The notes under the pieces were generated by a model. It had not been told where the DNA came from and made no database searches. It saw only the letters and a program-made list of their open reading frames with translations. The translations under genes were made by a program, and so were the position numbers. From the NCBI GenBank assembly GCA_036263775.1, contig DATATA010000074.1:6782-70781 (forward strand): a DNA stretch of 64,000 nt, given 5' to 3'. Origin of the DNA: Steroidobacteraceae bacterium (GTDB lineage: Bacteria > Pseudomonadota > Gammaproteobacteria > Steroidobacterales > Steroidobacteraceae). Shown piece after piece: positions 11,630 through 21,093 of this stretch. Positions within the stretch are counted from its first letter, which is position 1, and each line of letters begins with the position of its first letter.

Positions 11630-12939
11630 TGGCGGGTTTATGGTTCGAGAGCTCCCGCGGCGGCGTGCCGCGCGTGAGTTTGAGTCAAGCCATTGCCCAA
11701 GGCCTTGCCGGGGACGGCGGCCTGTACGTCCCGAGCGAAATCCCCACGATCGATCCGCATTCCTTCTTGGCTGGATCCGGCGTGCCGCAAATTGCGCGCG
11801 CGGCGTTGGCGGGTTTTTTCGCCGGCGACGCCTTACAGCAGGAACTCGGACCCATTGCCGACGCATCGATGAACTTTGCGGCTCCGACCACGCCGGTCGC
11901 CGCTTGCCGCGATCCGTTATATGTCTTGGAGCTTTATCACGGCCCCACCGCGGCATTCAAGGATTTTGGAGCAAGATTTCTGGCCGAGTGCCAGCAGCGC
12001 CTGCAACGAAGCGCCGGCAGCCAACCGCTGACCATTCTGGTCGCGACCTCGGGTGATACCGGGGGTGCGGTCGCGGCTGCGTTCCACCGTCGCCCGTGGG
12101 CGAGGGTGGTCATCCTCTATCCCAAAGGATTGGTGAGCCCTCGCCAGGAGCGGCAGTTGACTTGTTGGGGCGACAATGTGCTGGCGCTTCGGGTCGATGG
12201 GACGTTCGACGATTGTCAAGGATTGGTCAAGAAGGCATTCCGCGACCCCAAATTGAGGCGCATGCATCGCTTCAGTTCGGCCAACAGCATCAATATCGGG
12301 CGCCTTCTGCCGCAGATGGTGTACTACATCGCTTCCAGTCTTGAAATCGCCAAGGCGACCCGAAGCAGGCCCTCCTACCTCATTCCGGCGGGAAATTTGG
12401 GCAATGCCTGCGCGGCGCTTTGGGCTCGCGCCATGGGGTTTCCACTGGGGCGCATCGTCTTGGCCCATAACAGCAACCGCACGGTGCCGGATTTCCTCTC
12501 GACAGGCCATTGGCAGCCTAGGCCCAGTATCGCCACGCTGGCGTCCGCCATGGATGTCGGCGATCCCAGCAACATGGAACGCATCCGCGCGCTTTATCCT
12601 ACACTGGAAACCATGCGCGAACATTTGAGCGCGGATACCGTCGATGACGCTACAATTCGCACTCGAATCGGAGGGGACTTCATGGAGTTCGGACGCGAAT
12701 GGTGCCCGCACACCGCGACCGCGGCGGAAGTCTACAGCCGCTTGAGCCCGCAGCAACGGGGCGGGCAGCCATGGGTCGTGGTTGCCACCGCACATCCGGC
12801 GAAGTTCAATGAAATCGTGGAGCCCATCATCGGCAGGCCGATCGCTGTTCCCGACAGTCTCGGCCGCCTCCTGCGCTTGCCCGAACACCGTGTCGATTTA
12901 CCGCCGACCCTCGAGGCCTTGACCGCAGCGCTCGCATGA
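11629..12939 (+). CDS. thrC: Threonine synthase
   Basis: PLP lysine motif GPTAAFKDFGARF. The start overlaps the thrB stop (TGATG). Operon context supports the call. Confidence 0.9.
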   Translation: MAGLWFESSRGGVPRVSLSQAIAQGLAGDGGLYVPSEIPTIDPHSFLAGSGVPQIARAALAGFFAGDALQQELGPIADASMNFAAPTTPVAACRDPLYVLELYHGPTAAFKDFGARFLAECQQRLQRSAGSQPLTILVATSGDTGGAVAAAFHRRPWARVVILYPKGLVSPRQERQLTCWGDNVLALRVDGTFDDCQGLVKKAFRDPKLRRMHRFSSANSINIGRLLPQMVYYIASSLEIAKATRSRPSYLIPAGNLGNACAALWARAMGFPLGRIVLAHNSNRTVPDFLSTGHWQPRPSIATLASAMDVGDPSNMERIRALYPTLETMREHLSADTVDDATIRTRIGGDFMEFGREWCPHTATAAEVYSRLSPQQRGGQPWVVVATAHPAKFNEIVEPIIGRPIAVPDSLGRLLRLPEHRVDLPPTLEALTAALA

Positions 12940-13535
12940 CCGGCATCCGTATCGAACCGCAATGGATTGGCATCGGCGCGGCCGTGGTGCTGCTGGCCGC
13001 GCTCGGTTTCTTCGCGCTGCGCGCTTATCAGCGCCGCGCGCGCCGAAAATCGTTGCTGGCGCGCCTGGAACAGGTCGCTTCGGCCGCTGCCCATCAGGTA
13101 CTCGTGCCGGACGGAATGGGCGGCTTCATTCATATCGATCATATACTTTTGACTCCTCGCGGAGTTCTGGTGCTCGACACGCGCCGCGTTGCCGGACTGA
13201 TATTCGGCGGCGATCAAATGAGCGATTGGACCGTCATGGGGCGCGGTCACCGCTATACCTTCGACAACCCGCAGCCGGCGCTGTACGACCGCATCGCTGC
13301 GGTCAAGGCGATTGTCGGCGAGGTACCGGTCGAGGGACGGCTGCTGTTCTCCAATGTCGGTAAATTCACCAAGGGAATTCCCAAATGGGTGGTGATGCTC
13401 GATGGCATCGAGGTGGAATTTCCCGTGGTTGCGCGCGGCGACCCGACATTGGAGTCACCGGATCAATATCAAGAGGGCTGGAACCGCCTAGTCACGCAAT
13501 TGCGGCCGAGCCCGCATCTATTTACGAATCTGTGA
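12936..13535 (+). CDS. NERD (nuclease-related) domain protein with an N-terminal transmembrane helix
   Basis: TM segment IGIGAAVVLLAALGFFAL followed by a NERD-like core (IDHILLTPRGVLVLDTRR...G). An ATGA overlap joins it to the thrC stop. Confidence 0.6.
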   Translation: MTGIRIEPQWIGIGAAVVLLAALGFFALRAYQRRARRKSLLARLEQVASAAAHQVLVPDGMGGFIHIDHILLTPRGVLVLDTRRVAGLIFGGDQMSDWTVMGRGHRYTFDNPQPALYDRIAAVKAIVGEVPVEGRLLFSNVGKFTKGIPKWVVMLDGIEVEFPVVARGDPTLESPDQYQEGWNRLVTQLRPSPHLFTNL

Positions 13536-14322
13536 GCCCGAACAGCGCCACGGCGTTGCGTGTCGTGACCGCGGCGACGGACTCCAGCGTCTCCCCCCGC
13601 AGTCGCGCGACGGTAGCGGCGATGTGCGGCAGGTAAGAGGGCTCGTTGCGCCGCGACTTAGGCTTGGGGTCGAGGTCCCGCGGCAGCAAGTACGGCGCAT
13701 CGGTCTCTATCAGAAGCCGATCGGCCGGAATTCGCGGCACACTGCGCCTCAAGTCGATGCCGCGGCGCTCATCGCAGGCCCAGCCGGTAATGCCGATGAA
13801 AAGACCGAGTGCTAGGTAGGCTTCCAGTTCGGCCTCTCCGCCCGTGAAGCAGTGCGCCACGCCGCCCGTCAATCGACCGGCAAAGTCCTGCAAAATGGCG
13901 GTAAAATCGGCGTGCGCATCGCGCTGATGCAGAAAGACCGGTTTGCGCACCTGCTCGGCGATTTCCAACTGCGCGATGAATGCGCGCCGCTGGGCGCCGG
14001 GCGGCGAGAGATTGCGAAAATAGTCAAGGCCGCATTCGCCCACCGCCACGACGCACGCCGCGTCCAGAAGTCCGATCAACTGCGGACGCTGCGCGGCGAT
14101 GAAGGATTGCGCGTGATGCGGATGAACTCCCGCCGTGCTCCAGAGACGCCTGGGATGCAAGGCGGCGAGGGCCGCAGCTTGGGTGGAACCGGCAAGATCG
14201 GCGCCCGTGATCACTTGGCGGTGCACGCCGGCCTGCCAGGCACGCGTCATCACGGCGTCACGATCCGCGGCAAAACTCTGATGCGTCAGGTTCGATCCAA
14301 TATCAATCAAGTCCAAGCTCAA
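13522..14322 (-). CDS. tatD: TatD-family metal-dependent hydrolase/DNase
   Basis: LIDIGSNLTH, GECGLDY, VFLHQRDAH, HCFTG and LLIETDAPYL motifs typical of TatD. Confidence 0.85.
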   Translation of the reverse strand: MSLDLIDIGSNLTHQSFAADRDAVMTRAWQAGVHRQVITGADLAGSTQAAALAALHPRRLWSTAGVHPHHAQSFIAAQRPQLIGLLDAACVVAVGECGLDYFRNLSPPGAQRRAFIAQLEIAEQVRKPVFLHQRDAHADFTAILQDFAGRLTGGVAHCFTGGEAELEAYLALGLFIGITGWACDERRGIDLRRSVPRIPADRLLIETDAPYLLPRDLDPKPKSRRNEPSYLPHIAATVARLRGETLESVAAVTTRNAVALFGLTDS

Positions 14323-14375
14323 GATTCAAAACCTCTTGTGATATCTTCGCGGGCATTCTAAGCGCGCGCGAGAGC

Positions 14376-15119
14376 ATGCCGATGAGAAACATTCTGTTGA
14401 TTGTCATGCTGCTGAGCGCCATCGGGGCACGAGCTCAAGAGGGCGGCGATACCCAGGCCCGGATCGACTATGCCTACCAAACCGAGGATAGCAATAGCCT
14501 GGCCAACCTCATTCAAAATCTGACGACCCGCGTCAACGGCGACGTGGGAGACCTCGCGTCGCGCTATCATTTGGCGCACGCCCAGTACCGCTTCGCTCAG
14601 CTGGCGCACGAACGGCGACTTCGCGGCGCGGAATCGGCGTACTCGGATTGCATCGATCAGCTAAAGCCGGTGATCGATAAGAATGACGGATCGGCCGAGG
14701 GCATGGTGCTGCAATCCGCCTGTTATTCCGGGCTTGCGGACCTCAGATCGCTCGAGGCCGTGCTGCTGCGGTCACGTGCGGCCGAGCGGCTCAAATCAGC
14801 GCTCAAATTGGAACCGCGCAATCCACGCGCGGTGCTGCTGTCCGCCTCGCAGGATATGCGGCACGCGAAAGCGGGCTCGCCGCAGAGTCGACAGGCCTTT
14901 GCCGAATTGCAATTGGCAGCGCAGCTATTCGAGCAGTCTTCCGGCACGAGCAATGAGGCGCCGGGATGGGGTCATGCAGAGGCGTATTTGGCGCTGGGTC
15001 ATGAGATGCTAATTCGCGGCGATCATTTGGGCGCACGCAATTGGATTGAGAAAGCACTGCTTGCGGCGCCGGATTACAAAGCCGCGCAGCGTCAGCTGGC
15101 ATCATTGGCAAAACCTTAG
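14376..15119 (+). CDS. Secreted hypothetical protein, helical/TPR-like
   Basis: Signal peptide MPMRNILLIVMLLSAIGARAQE. The rest is alpha-helical repeat-like sequence. No catalytic motif was recognised. Confidence 0.5.
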   Translation: MPMRNILLIVMLLSAIGARAQEGGDTQARIDYAYQTEDSNSLANLIQNLTTRVNGDVGDLASRYHLAHAQYRFAQLAHERRLRGAESAYSDCIDQLKPVIDKNDGSAEGMVLQSACYSGLADLRSLEAVLLRSRAAERLKSALKLEPRNPRAVLLSASQDMRHAKAGSPQSRQAFAELQLAAQLFEQSSGTSNEAPGWGHAEAYLALGHEMLIRGDHLGARNWIEKALLAAPDYKAAQRQLASLAKP

Positions 15120-15169
15120 AGCTCGGCGGTGCGCTTGGTTGCATCGCTAACCTGGTATCATTCGGAGCG

Positions 15170-15898
15170 ATGAAGCCACAAGGCACGCAGCTATCTTTGT
15201 TCGAGACGCGCAGCGTAAATGACCCCTTCGCGGTGCGGGTGAGCCCGCGCGCACGCCGCCTGACCGCACGGGTGCATGTGGGCGGCCGCGTGGAAATCGT
15301 CGTGCCGGTCGGAGTCAATGCGCATGCGGTGCGCGATTTCGTGCAGCGGTTTACTCCGTGGATCGACCGCAAGGTCGCGGCAATGCGCTGCTTCGTGGCT
15401 CCGGCGGAACCGGTGCCGCCCTCGGTTGAGTTTGCGTTCACCGGCGAAACATTTCGCGTGGAATGGCAACGCGCACCGGGCCGCAGGCTGGAACATTCAG
15501 CCGAACGCATCGCGGTGCACGCGCCCGACGACTCCGCTGCACGGGAATTGTTGCGGCGCTGGCTGAGGGGCGCGGCCGAGCGGCGGCTGACGGCGCAGCT
15601 GCTGCAGCTTGCGGCCGATTTGAAATACTCCGTCGCGCGCGTGAGCATCCGCTGTCAGCGGACCCGCTGGGGAAGCTGTTCGACGCGCGGTACCGTCAGC
15701 CTGAACTGCTCTCTGGTGTTCCTGCGTCCGGAGGTGGTGCGCTATTTGTTCGTTCACGAACTGGCGCACACCAAGCACATGAACCACTCCTCGGCCTTCT
15801 GGCGCCTGGTGGAGAAGCTCGAGCCCGATTGCCGACGCCTTGATCGGGAGCTCTTGGCCGGCTGGCGTACCGTACCCGCCTGGGTTTTCAAGAACTAG
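15170..15898 (+). CDS. YgjP-like (DUF45/M48-type) metal-dependent hydrolase
   Basis: C-terminal HELAHTKHMNHSSAFW zinc motif and RWGSCS, characteristic of the YgjP/DUF45 family. Confidence 0.75.
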   Translation: MKPQGTQLSLFETRSVNDPFAVRVSPRARRLTARVHVGGRVEIVVPVGVNAHAVRDFVQRFTPWIDRKVAAMRCFVAPAEPVPPSVEFAFTGETFRVEWQRAPGRRLEHSAERIAVHAPDDSAARELLRRWLRGAAERRLTAQLLQLAADLKYSVARVSIRCQRTRWGSCSTRGTVSLNCSLVFLRPEVVRYLFVHELAHTKHMNHSSAFWRLVEKLEPDCRRLDRELLAGWRTVPAWVFKN

Positions 15899-15905
15899 GC
15901 TTGCG

Positions 15906-16763
15906 ATGAACGAAACGCCGCCACGGGTCGGACCCTTCGTGGACTTGAGCGACGAAGAGGTTCATTGGGACCTAACCGAGGCGCTCAGCTATTCGCAGTA
16001 CCTGAATCTCGGAAAATTGCTCGACGCACAACACCCGTTGTCCTACCAGCACGACGAGATGCTGTTCATCATCATCCATCAGGTTTCGGAATTGTGGATG
16101 AAGCTGTGCCTGCATGAGCTCAATGCCACGGTTGATTGCGTGCGGCGCGACGATCTTGGACCGACATTCAAGATGCTGGCGCGGGTCTCTACCATTCAGC
16201 AGCAGTTGCTTCAGTCGTGGGATGTGCTGGCGACGATCACGCCGCACGACTATTCCGCTTTCCGCAATACGCTCGGCAAGTCCTCGGGATTTCAGTCGCC
16301 GCAGTATCGAATGCTGGAATTTCTGATCGGCAACAAAAATGCCGACACCATCAAGGTATTTCGCAACGATCCACCCATGTTCGAGACGCTGGAGCGTGCC
16401 TTGCGCGCCCCCAGCCTGTACGACGAGGTGCTGCGTCTCTTGAGCCGGCGGGGCCTTGACGTACCGCCCGAAGCCATCGATCGCGACTTCACGCAACCCT
16501 ACCAGGCCAGCAAGCAGGTCGCCGCGGCGTGGCTCAGCGTCTATCACAACTCCGTCAAGGAGTGGGATCTGTATGAGCTGGCCGAACGTCTGGTGGACCT
16601 GGACTACAAATTCCAGCTGTGGCGGTTTGCCCACGTGAAAACCGTCGAGAGGATCATCGGCTACAAGCGCGGCACCGGGGGCACGGGCGGCGTGTCGTAC
16701 CTTACCAAGGCGCTGGAACTGAAGTTCTTTCCGGAACTTTGGACCATTCGCACCTCGATGTAG
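15906..16763 (+). CDS. kynA: Tryptophan 2,3-dioxygenase
   Basis: YSQYLNLGKLLDAQ, IIIHQVSELW, FQSPQYRMLEF and GTGGTGGVSYL are typical bacterial TDO motifs. An internal ATG at 15906 was chosen as the start. Confidence 0.85.
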   Translation: MNETPPRVGPFVDLSDEEVHWDLTEALSYSQYLNLGKLLDAQHPLSYQHDEMLFIIIHQVSELWMKLCLHELNATVDCVRRDDLGPTFKMLARVSTIQQQLLQSWDVLATITPHDYSAFRNTLGKSSGFQSPQYRMLEFLIGNKNADTIKVFRNDPPMFETLERALRAPSLYDEVLRLLSRRGLDVPPEAIDRDFTQPYQASKQVAAAWLSVYHNSVKEWDLYELAERLVDLDYKFQLWRFAHVKTVERIIGYKRGTGGTGGVSYLTKALELKFFPELWTIRTSM

Positions 16764-16773
16764 GAAGGAAAGC

Positions 16774-17847
16774 GTGGCATCCATTCAAGATCAGCTGCAT
16801 AACGTCAACGTCGCCTCGAGCGATCTATTGGCCACGCCGGAAGAGATCAAACGGCGCTTGCCATTGACCGCGAAGGCCGCGGACACGGTTTTTAAATCTC
16901 GCGAGGCGGTGCGGGCAATTCTGGAGCGGCGCGACCCGCGCCTGTTCGTGGTGGTCGGCCCATGCTCAATCCATGATGTCGCGGCCGCCCGCGAATATGC
17001 AGGGCGCCTCAAGGAACTCGCGCTGCGAGTCGGTTCGACGCTGCTGCTGATCATGCGCGTGTATTTCGAGAAGCCGCGCACCACGGTCGGCTGGAAGGGG
17101 CTGATCAACGACCCCGATTTGGACGACTCGTTCCATATCGAGAAGGGAATTCTGCTGGCCCGCGAGCTGCTGCTGTACGTCGCCGAATTGGGGCTGCCGG
17201 CGGGCACCGAAGCCCTTGATCCCATCATGCCTCAATATTTGTCGGAGCTCATTACCTGGACGGCCATCGGCGCTCGCACCACCGAGTCGCAGACTCATCG
17301 TGAAATGGCGAGCGGGCTTTCGACACCGGTGGGTTTCAAGAACGGCACCGACGGCGCGTTGGCGGGTTCGATCAACGCACTGAAGTCCGTTCGGCAGCCG
17401 CATCACTTCCTGGGCATCACGCAGCAGGGCCAGTCGGCGGTATTTCGCACCAAGGGCAATCAGCATGCGCACATCGTGCTGCGCGGCGGCGGCGGGCGGG
17501 TCAATTACGATGCGGTCAGCATCGCCGTGGCTGAGCGGGAGCTCAAGGCGGAGGGATTGCCGGCCACCATCGTGGTGGATTGCAGTCACGGCAATTCAAA
17601 CAAGGATGCCGACCTGCAGCCCTTGGTCGCCGAGAATTGCGTTACCCAAATCGTGGACGGCAACCGCTCGATCGTCGGCCTGATGCTCGAGAGTCATTTG
17701 AAGGCCGGCAGCCAATCCATTCCCAAAGACCTGAGCAAGCTCGAGTATGGAATGTCGATTACCGATCCTTGCATCGACTGGGCGAGCACCGAAGCCCTGT
17801 TGCTCAAATTGCACGATTCGCTGCGGAGCGTTTCGAATCGCGCTTAG
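16774..17847 (+). CDS. 3-deoxy-7-phosphoheptulonate (DAHP) synthase, class I (AroF/G/H type)
   Basis: VVVGPCSIHD, YFEKPRTTVGWKGL, GARTTESQTHREMASGLS and VDCSHGNS motifs. GTG start. Confidence 0.9.
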   Translation: MASIQDQLHNVNVASSDLLATPEEIKRRLPLTAKAADTVFKSREAVRAILERRDPRLFVVVGPCSIHDVAAAREYAGRLKELALRVGSTLLLIMRVYFEKPRTTVGWKGLINDPDLDDSFHIEKGILLARELLLYVAELGLPAGTEALDPIMPQYLSELITWTAIGARTTESQTHREMASGLSTPVGFKNGTDGALAGSINALKSVRQPHHFLGITQQGQSAVFRTKGNQHAHIVLRGGGGRVNYDAVSIAVAERELKAEGLPATIVVDCSHGNSNKDADLQPLVAENCVTQIVDGNRSIVGLMLESHLKAGSQSIPKDLSKLEYGMSITDPCIDWASTEALLLKLHDSLRSVSNRA

Positions 17848-18527
17848 TTCCAATAGGTAACGGCAACCTCCCATTTAGCGGCCAGACGCCGCGCGGCGTC
17901 ATCACCATTGACCAGAAGCGCCCGATCCGCCTGCCGCAGATGATCCAAATCGGACGCCGAATTGGCATAGGCAATGACGGGCACGCCCCGATACCGCTCG
18001 CGCAACCACGCCAGACAGCGAAGTTTTTCCTCACCGCGGCGATTGGGGGTTTTTAATGCTCCGTCAAGGCGCTCACCCCGCCATTCGAGCTCCGTGCACA
18101 GCGTCAGCTCGAAGCCCAGCTGCCGCCCAATCAAGGGGACATACAAGTCCGGGCTTGCTGACAGCAGAACCAAGTGATCGCCGGCCGCGCGGTGCGTCTC
18201 CAACACCGCCAGCGCAACGGGTCGAAAGCGTCGTTTGGATTCAAAATCGGCCACGAAGCGTTGCGCCCAAGCGTCCAGCGTCTCGCGCTTCTCGCCCCGC
18301 AAGAGCATGCGAATGACCCGCGATTTGAGCGCGCCGCGGTCGCTATCGCGCCAGAAAAACCAAAGCGCAGCCGGCAAGCGCCACAGGCCGAGCGCGCGGT
18401 GTGGCCGTAGCCGCAAGAACCCGAGCAGAAACGGCAGCAGCGTATCGCGCCAGGTCAGTGTTCCGTCCAAATCAAAAAGCGCCAGCCATGGACTGGAGGC
18501 GACGCTCGGGGCAGCATTGACGGCCAC
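17844..18527 (-). CDS. HAD-superfamily hydrolase, subfamily IB
   Basis: DLDGTLT motif I, LLSASP motif II, and a C-terminal AYANSASD motif. Confidence 0.75.
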   Translation of the reverse strand: MAVNAAPSVASSPWLALFDLDGTLTWRDTLLPFLLGFLRLRPHRALGLWRLPAALWFFWRDSDRGALKSRVIRMLLRGEKRETLDAWAQRFVADFESKRRFRPVALAVLETHRAAGDHLVLLSASPDLYVPLIGRQLGFELTLCTELEWRGERLDGALKTPNRRGEEKLRCLAWLRERYRGVPVIAYANSASDLDHLRQADRALLVNGDDAARRLAAKWEVAVTYWN

Positions 18528-18620
18528 TCTATTACCTTAAGATACAGTCATATAGAATGTTTATCTCGATCTGACTTTAATGGACTGCGGCCTAAAGAGG
18601 GCGCAAGCGCGTCCTATACA

Positions 18621-19604
18621 ATGGCAAGCATTATGAACTCTTCCGTGGCAATCGTCGGCGCAGGCGCCATCGGCGCATGGTTCAGCGATGCGTTCGACCG
18701 GGCAGGATGGCGCGTGTCCATGGTTGCACGCGGTGCGACGCTCGAGGCTTTGCGGCAATCGGGCTTGCGAGTGGAGCAGGACGGCGCGGTTCGCACCAGC
18801 CGCCCGCGGACCGGGTCGCCTGCGGAGCTCGGCATTCACGACTTCGTCGTCCTTGCGGTGAAGGCGCAGCTGTTGCCGGCGTTGGCGCCGGAATTGAGCC
18901 CCCTCTTGGGTCCACAAAGTGTGGTCATCAGCGCTACCAACGGCATCCCCTGGTGGTTTTTTCAGGATTTCGCAGGTCCGCTCGCGAATACGAGGCTTCA
19001 GTCCGTCGACCCGGGCGGCATGCAGCAGCAGACCTTTCCTCGGGATCGCACTCTCGGATCGGTGGTGCATGCTTCAGTCCGGGTTGTCGCCCCCGGGCAC
19101 GCTCGAGTCGTGGCTGCGGATCGCCTGATTCTCGGCGCGCCCGATGGCGCCTCGACGCCGCCGCTCGAAGCGGCGATGCAGGCGCTGCGCGCCGGTGGCA
19201 TCAATGCGCTGGTATCCGCCAACATCCGGCGGGACGTATGGACCAAGCTCTGGGGCAACATGACGATGAATCCCTTGAGTGCGCTTACGCGCTGCGGTAC
19301 CGCCAAGATGCTGGCGAATGCGGATGTGCGCGAGCTGTGCATCCGCATGATGGAGGAGATGCAGCTTTGCGCGCAGCGGCTTGAATTGGCCGTGTCGATC
19401 ACCGCGGCGGAGCGCATCGGCGTGACGCAGCGGCTCGGCGACTTCAAAACCTCCATGCTTGCGGACATTGAAGCCGGCCGTCCGCTCGAGATCGATCCGC
19501 AACTTGGCGCCGTGGTCGAGATCGCGAGCTTGCTCAACATCCCGACACCTTTTCTGCGTTCGGTGCTCGGACTTACCCGCTTGGTCTCCCCGCGGAACGT
19601 ATAG
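18621..19604 (+). CDS. panE: 2-dehydropantoate 2-reductase (ApbA/PanE family)
   Basis: N-terminal Rossmann motif VAIVGAGAIG, NGIPWW, and the KLWGN..NPL and S(M)L.D motifs of ketopantoate reductases. Confidence 0.8.
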   Translation: MASIMNSSVAIVGAGAIGAWFSDAFDRAGWRVSMVARGATLEALRQSGLRVEQDGAVRTSRPRTGSPAELGIHDFVVLAVKAQLLPALAPELSPLLGPQSVVISATNGIPWWFFQDFAGPLANTRLQSVDPGGMQQQTFPRDRTLGSVVHASVRVVAPGHARVVAADRLILGAPDGASTPPLEAAMQALRAGGINALVSANIRRDVWTKLWGNMTMNPLSALTRCGTAKMLANADVRELCIRMMEEMQLCAQRLELAVSITAAERIGVTQRLGDFKTSMLADIEAGRPLEIDPQLGAVVEIASLLNIPTPFLRSVLGLTRLVSPRNV

Positions 19605-19641
19605 AATTACAAAATATCCGTTTGAATGGGTGGAATGAAGC

Positions 19642-21093
19642 ATGTTCGAAAAGGGCAACAGCACTGCGCGCGCGGTGTACTTGGCAAGCGCCGCCGCGCT
19701 CTTATTCCTGTCCGTCACCGCGCAAAGCGCGCCCGTGGCGCCGGCGGCGAAGCCTCCAAATAAGCACGCCGCCGTTCCGGCCGAGACGGCCGGGTCGGCG
19801 GACTTCTCACACATCAAGTCGCTCGGCGGCATCGATGAATATCGGCTCGACGGCAATGGGCTGACGGTGCTCCTGGTGCCGGATCACTCCGCGCCGGTGG
19901 TTACCTTTGAGGTCACGTACCAGGTCGGTTCGCGCAACGAAGTCACCGGCACGACCGGCGCCACCCACATCCTCGAACACCTGATGTTCAAGGGCAGCGA
20001 CGCTTTCAATGACGTCAAGGGCAACAGCATCAAGCAAATGCTGGAGCGCGTGGGCGGGCAGTTCAATGCCACCACATCGTTCGACCGCACCAACTACTTC
20101 GCCACCATTGGCCGCGAGAACCTCGAGAGCTACATCGCCATCGAGGCAGACCGCATGCGACACCTATGGCTGCACGAGTCGGATCGGCAGGCGGAAATGA
20201 CGGTCGTGCGCAATGAATACGAGCGCGGTAAGAACGATCCCGAGAACGTTTTGCTCGAAGAGGTCATGGAAGCGGCCTATGTAGCGCTTCCGTATCACCA
20301 TCCGACCATCGGCTGGAAGAGCGATATCGAACACGTGCCGATCGCGAAGCTTCGCGAGTTCTACGATACGTTTTATTGGCCGAACAATGCGGTTGTCACG
20401 GTGGTGGGCGATATCGATTCGGACTCGGTTCTCGGGCTCATCAAGAAATATTACGGGGTCTATCCGCGCTCCCCCGCGCCGATCCCGGCGGTCTACACGG
20501 AAGAACCTGCGCAAAGCGGCGAGCGGCGCGTCGTCGTCAAGCGGCCCGGCGAGTTGGGGACGATCATCGTGGCGCACAAGGTTCCGAACGGCCGGGATGC
20601 CGATCAGGCCGCGCTCGAGATGCTCGACGCCATCCTGAGTTCCGGAAAAAACGGCCGCCTCTATCGCACGCTGGTCGATCAAGGTCTGGCATTGAGCGCG
20701 GGCGCGGGCATCGATCTGCTCCACGACCTGTCGCTCCATACCTTGTACGCCGCGCTCACTCCGGGAACCAGCCATGAACAGGTCGAAAATGCGCTGGTGG
20801 CGGAGTTGAACAAGATCAAAACCAACGGCGTGACGCCTGCCGAAGTCGCCACGGTGAAGCAGCAATTCACCGCCGAGGATGCCTATAAGCGCGACGGCAC
20901 CGCGGCGGTCGCCAGTGAGCTCAGCGAATGGATCGGTGTCGGCGATTGGACGCTCTATGTCACCTTTCCGCAAAAGGTCCAACAGGTCTCGCCGGCGGAT
21001 GTGCAACGGGTCGCCAAGCAATACTTCGGCGCGGACCAGAGCACGGTCGGCTGGTTCGTTCCCGTAGCGCCCAAAACGGAGAAAGGCTCGTGA
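19642..21093 (+). CDS. M16 (pitrilysin) family zinc peptidase, active subunit
   Basis: Signal peptide plus the inverted zincin motif HILEHLMFKG and a downstream ...NEYE... glutamate. Confidence 0.85.
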   Translation: MFEKGNSTARAVYLASAAALLFLSVTAQSAPVAPAAKPPNKHAAVPAETAGSADFSHIKSLGGIDEYRLDGNGLTVLLVPDHSAPVVTFEVTYQVGSRNEVTGTTGATHILEHLMFKGSDAFNDVKGNSIKQMLERVGGQFNATTSFDRTNYFATIGRENLESYIAIEADRMRHLWLHESDRQAEMTVVRNEYERGKNDPENVLLEEVMEAAYVALPYHHPTIGWKSDIEHVPIAKLREFYDTFYWPNNAVVTVVGDIDSDSVLGLIKKYYGVYPRSPAPIPAVYTEEPAQSGERRVVVKRPGELGTIIVAHKVPNGRDADQAALEMLDAILSSGKNGRLYRTLVDQGLALSAGAGIDLLHDLSLHTLYAALTPGTSHEQVENALVAELNKIKTNGVTPAEVATVKQQFTAEDAYKRDGTAAVASELSEWIGVGDWTLYVTFPQKVQQVSPADVQRVAKQYFGADQSTVGWFVPVAPKTEKGS

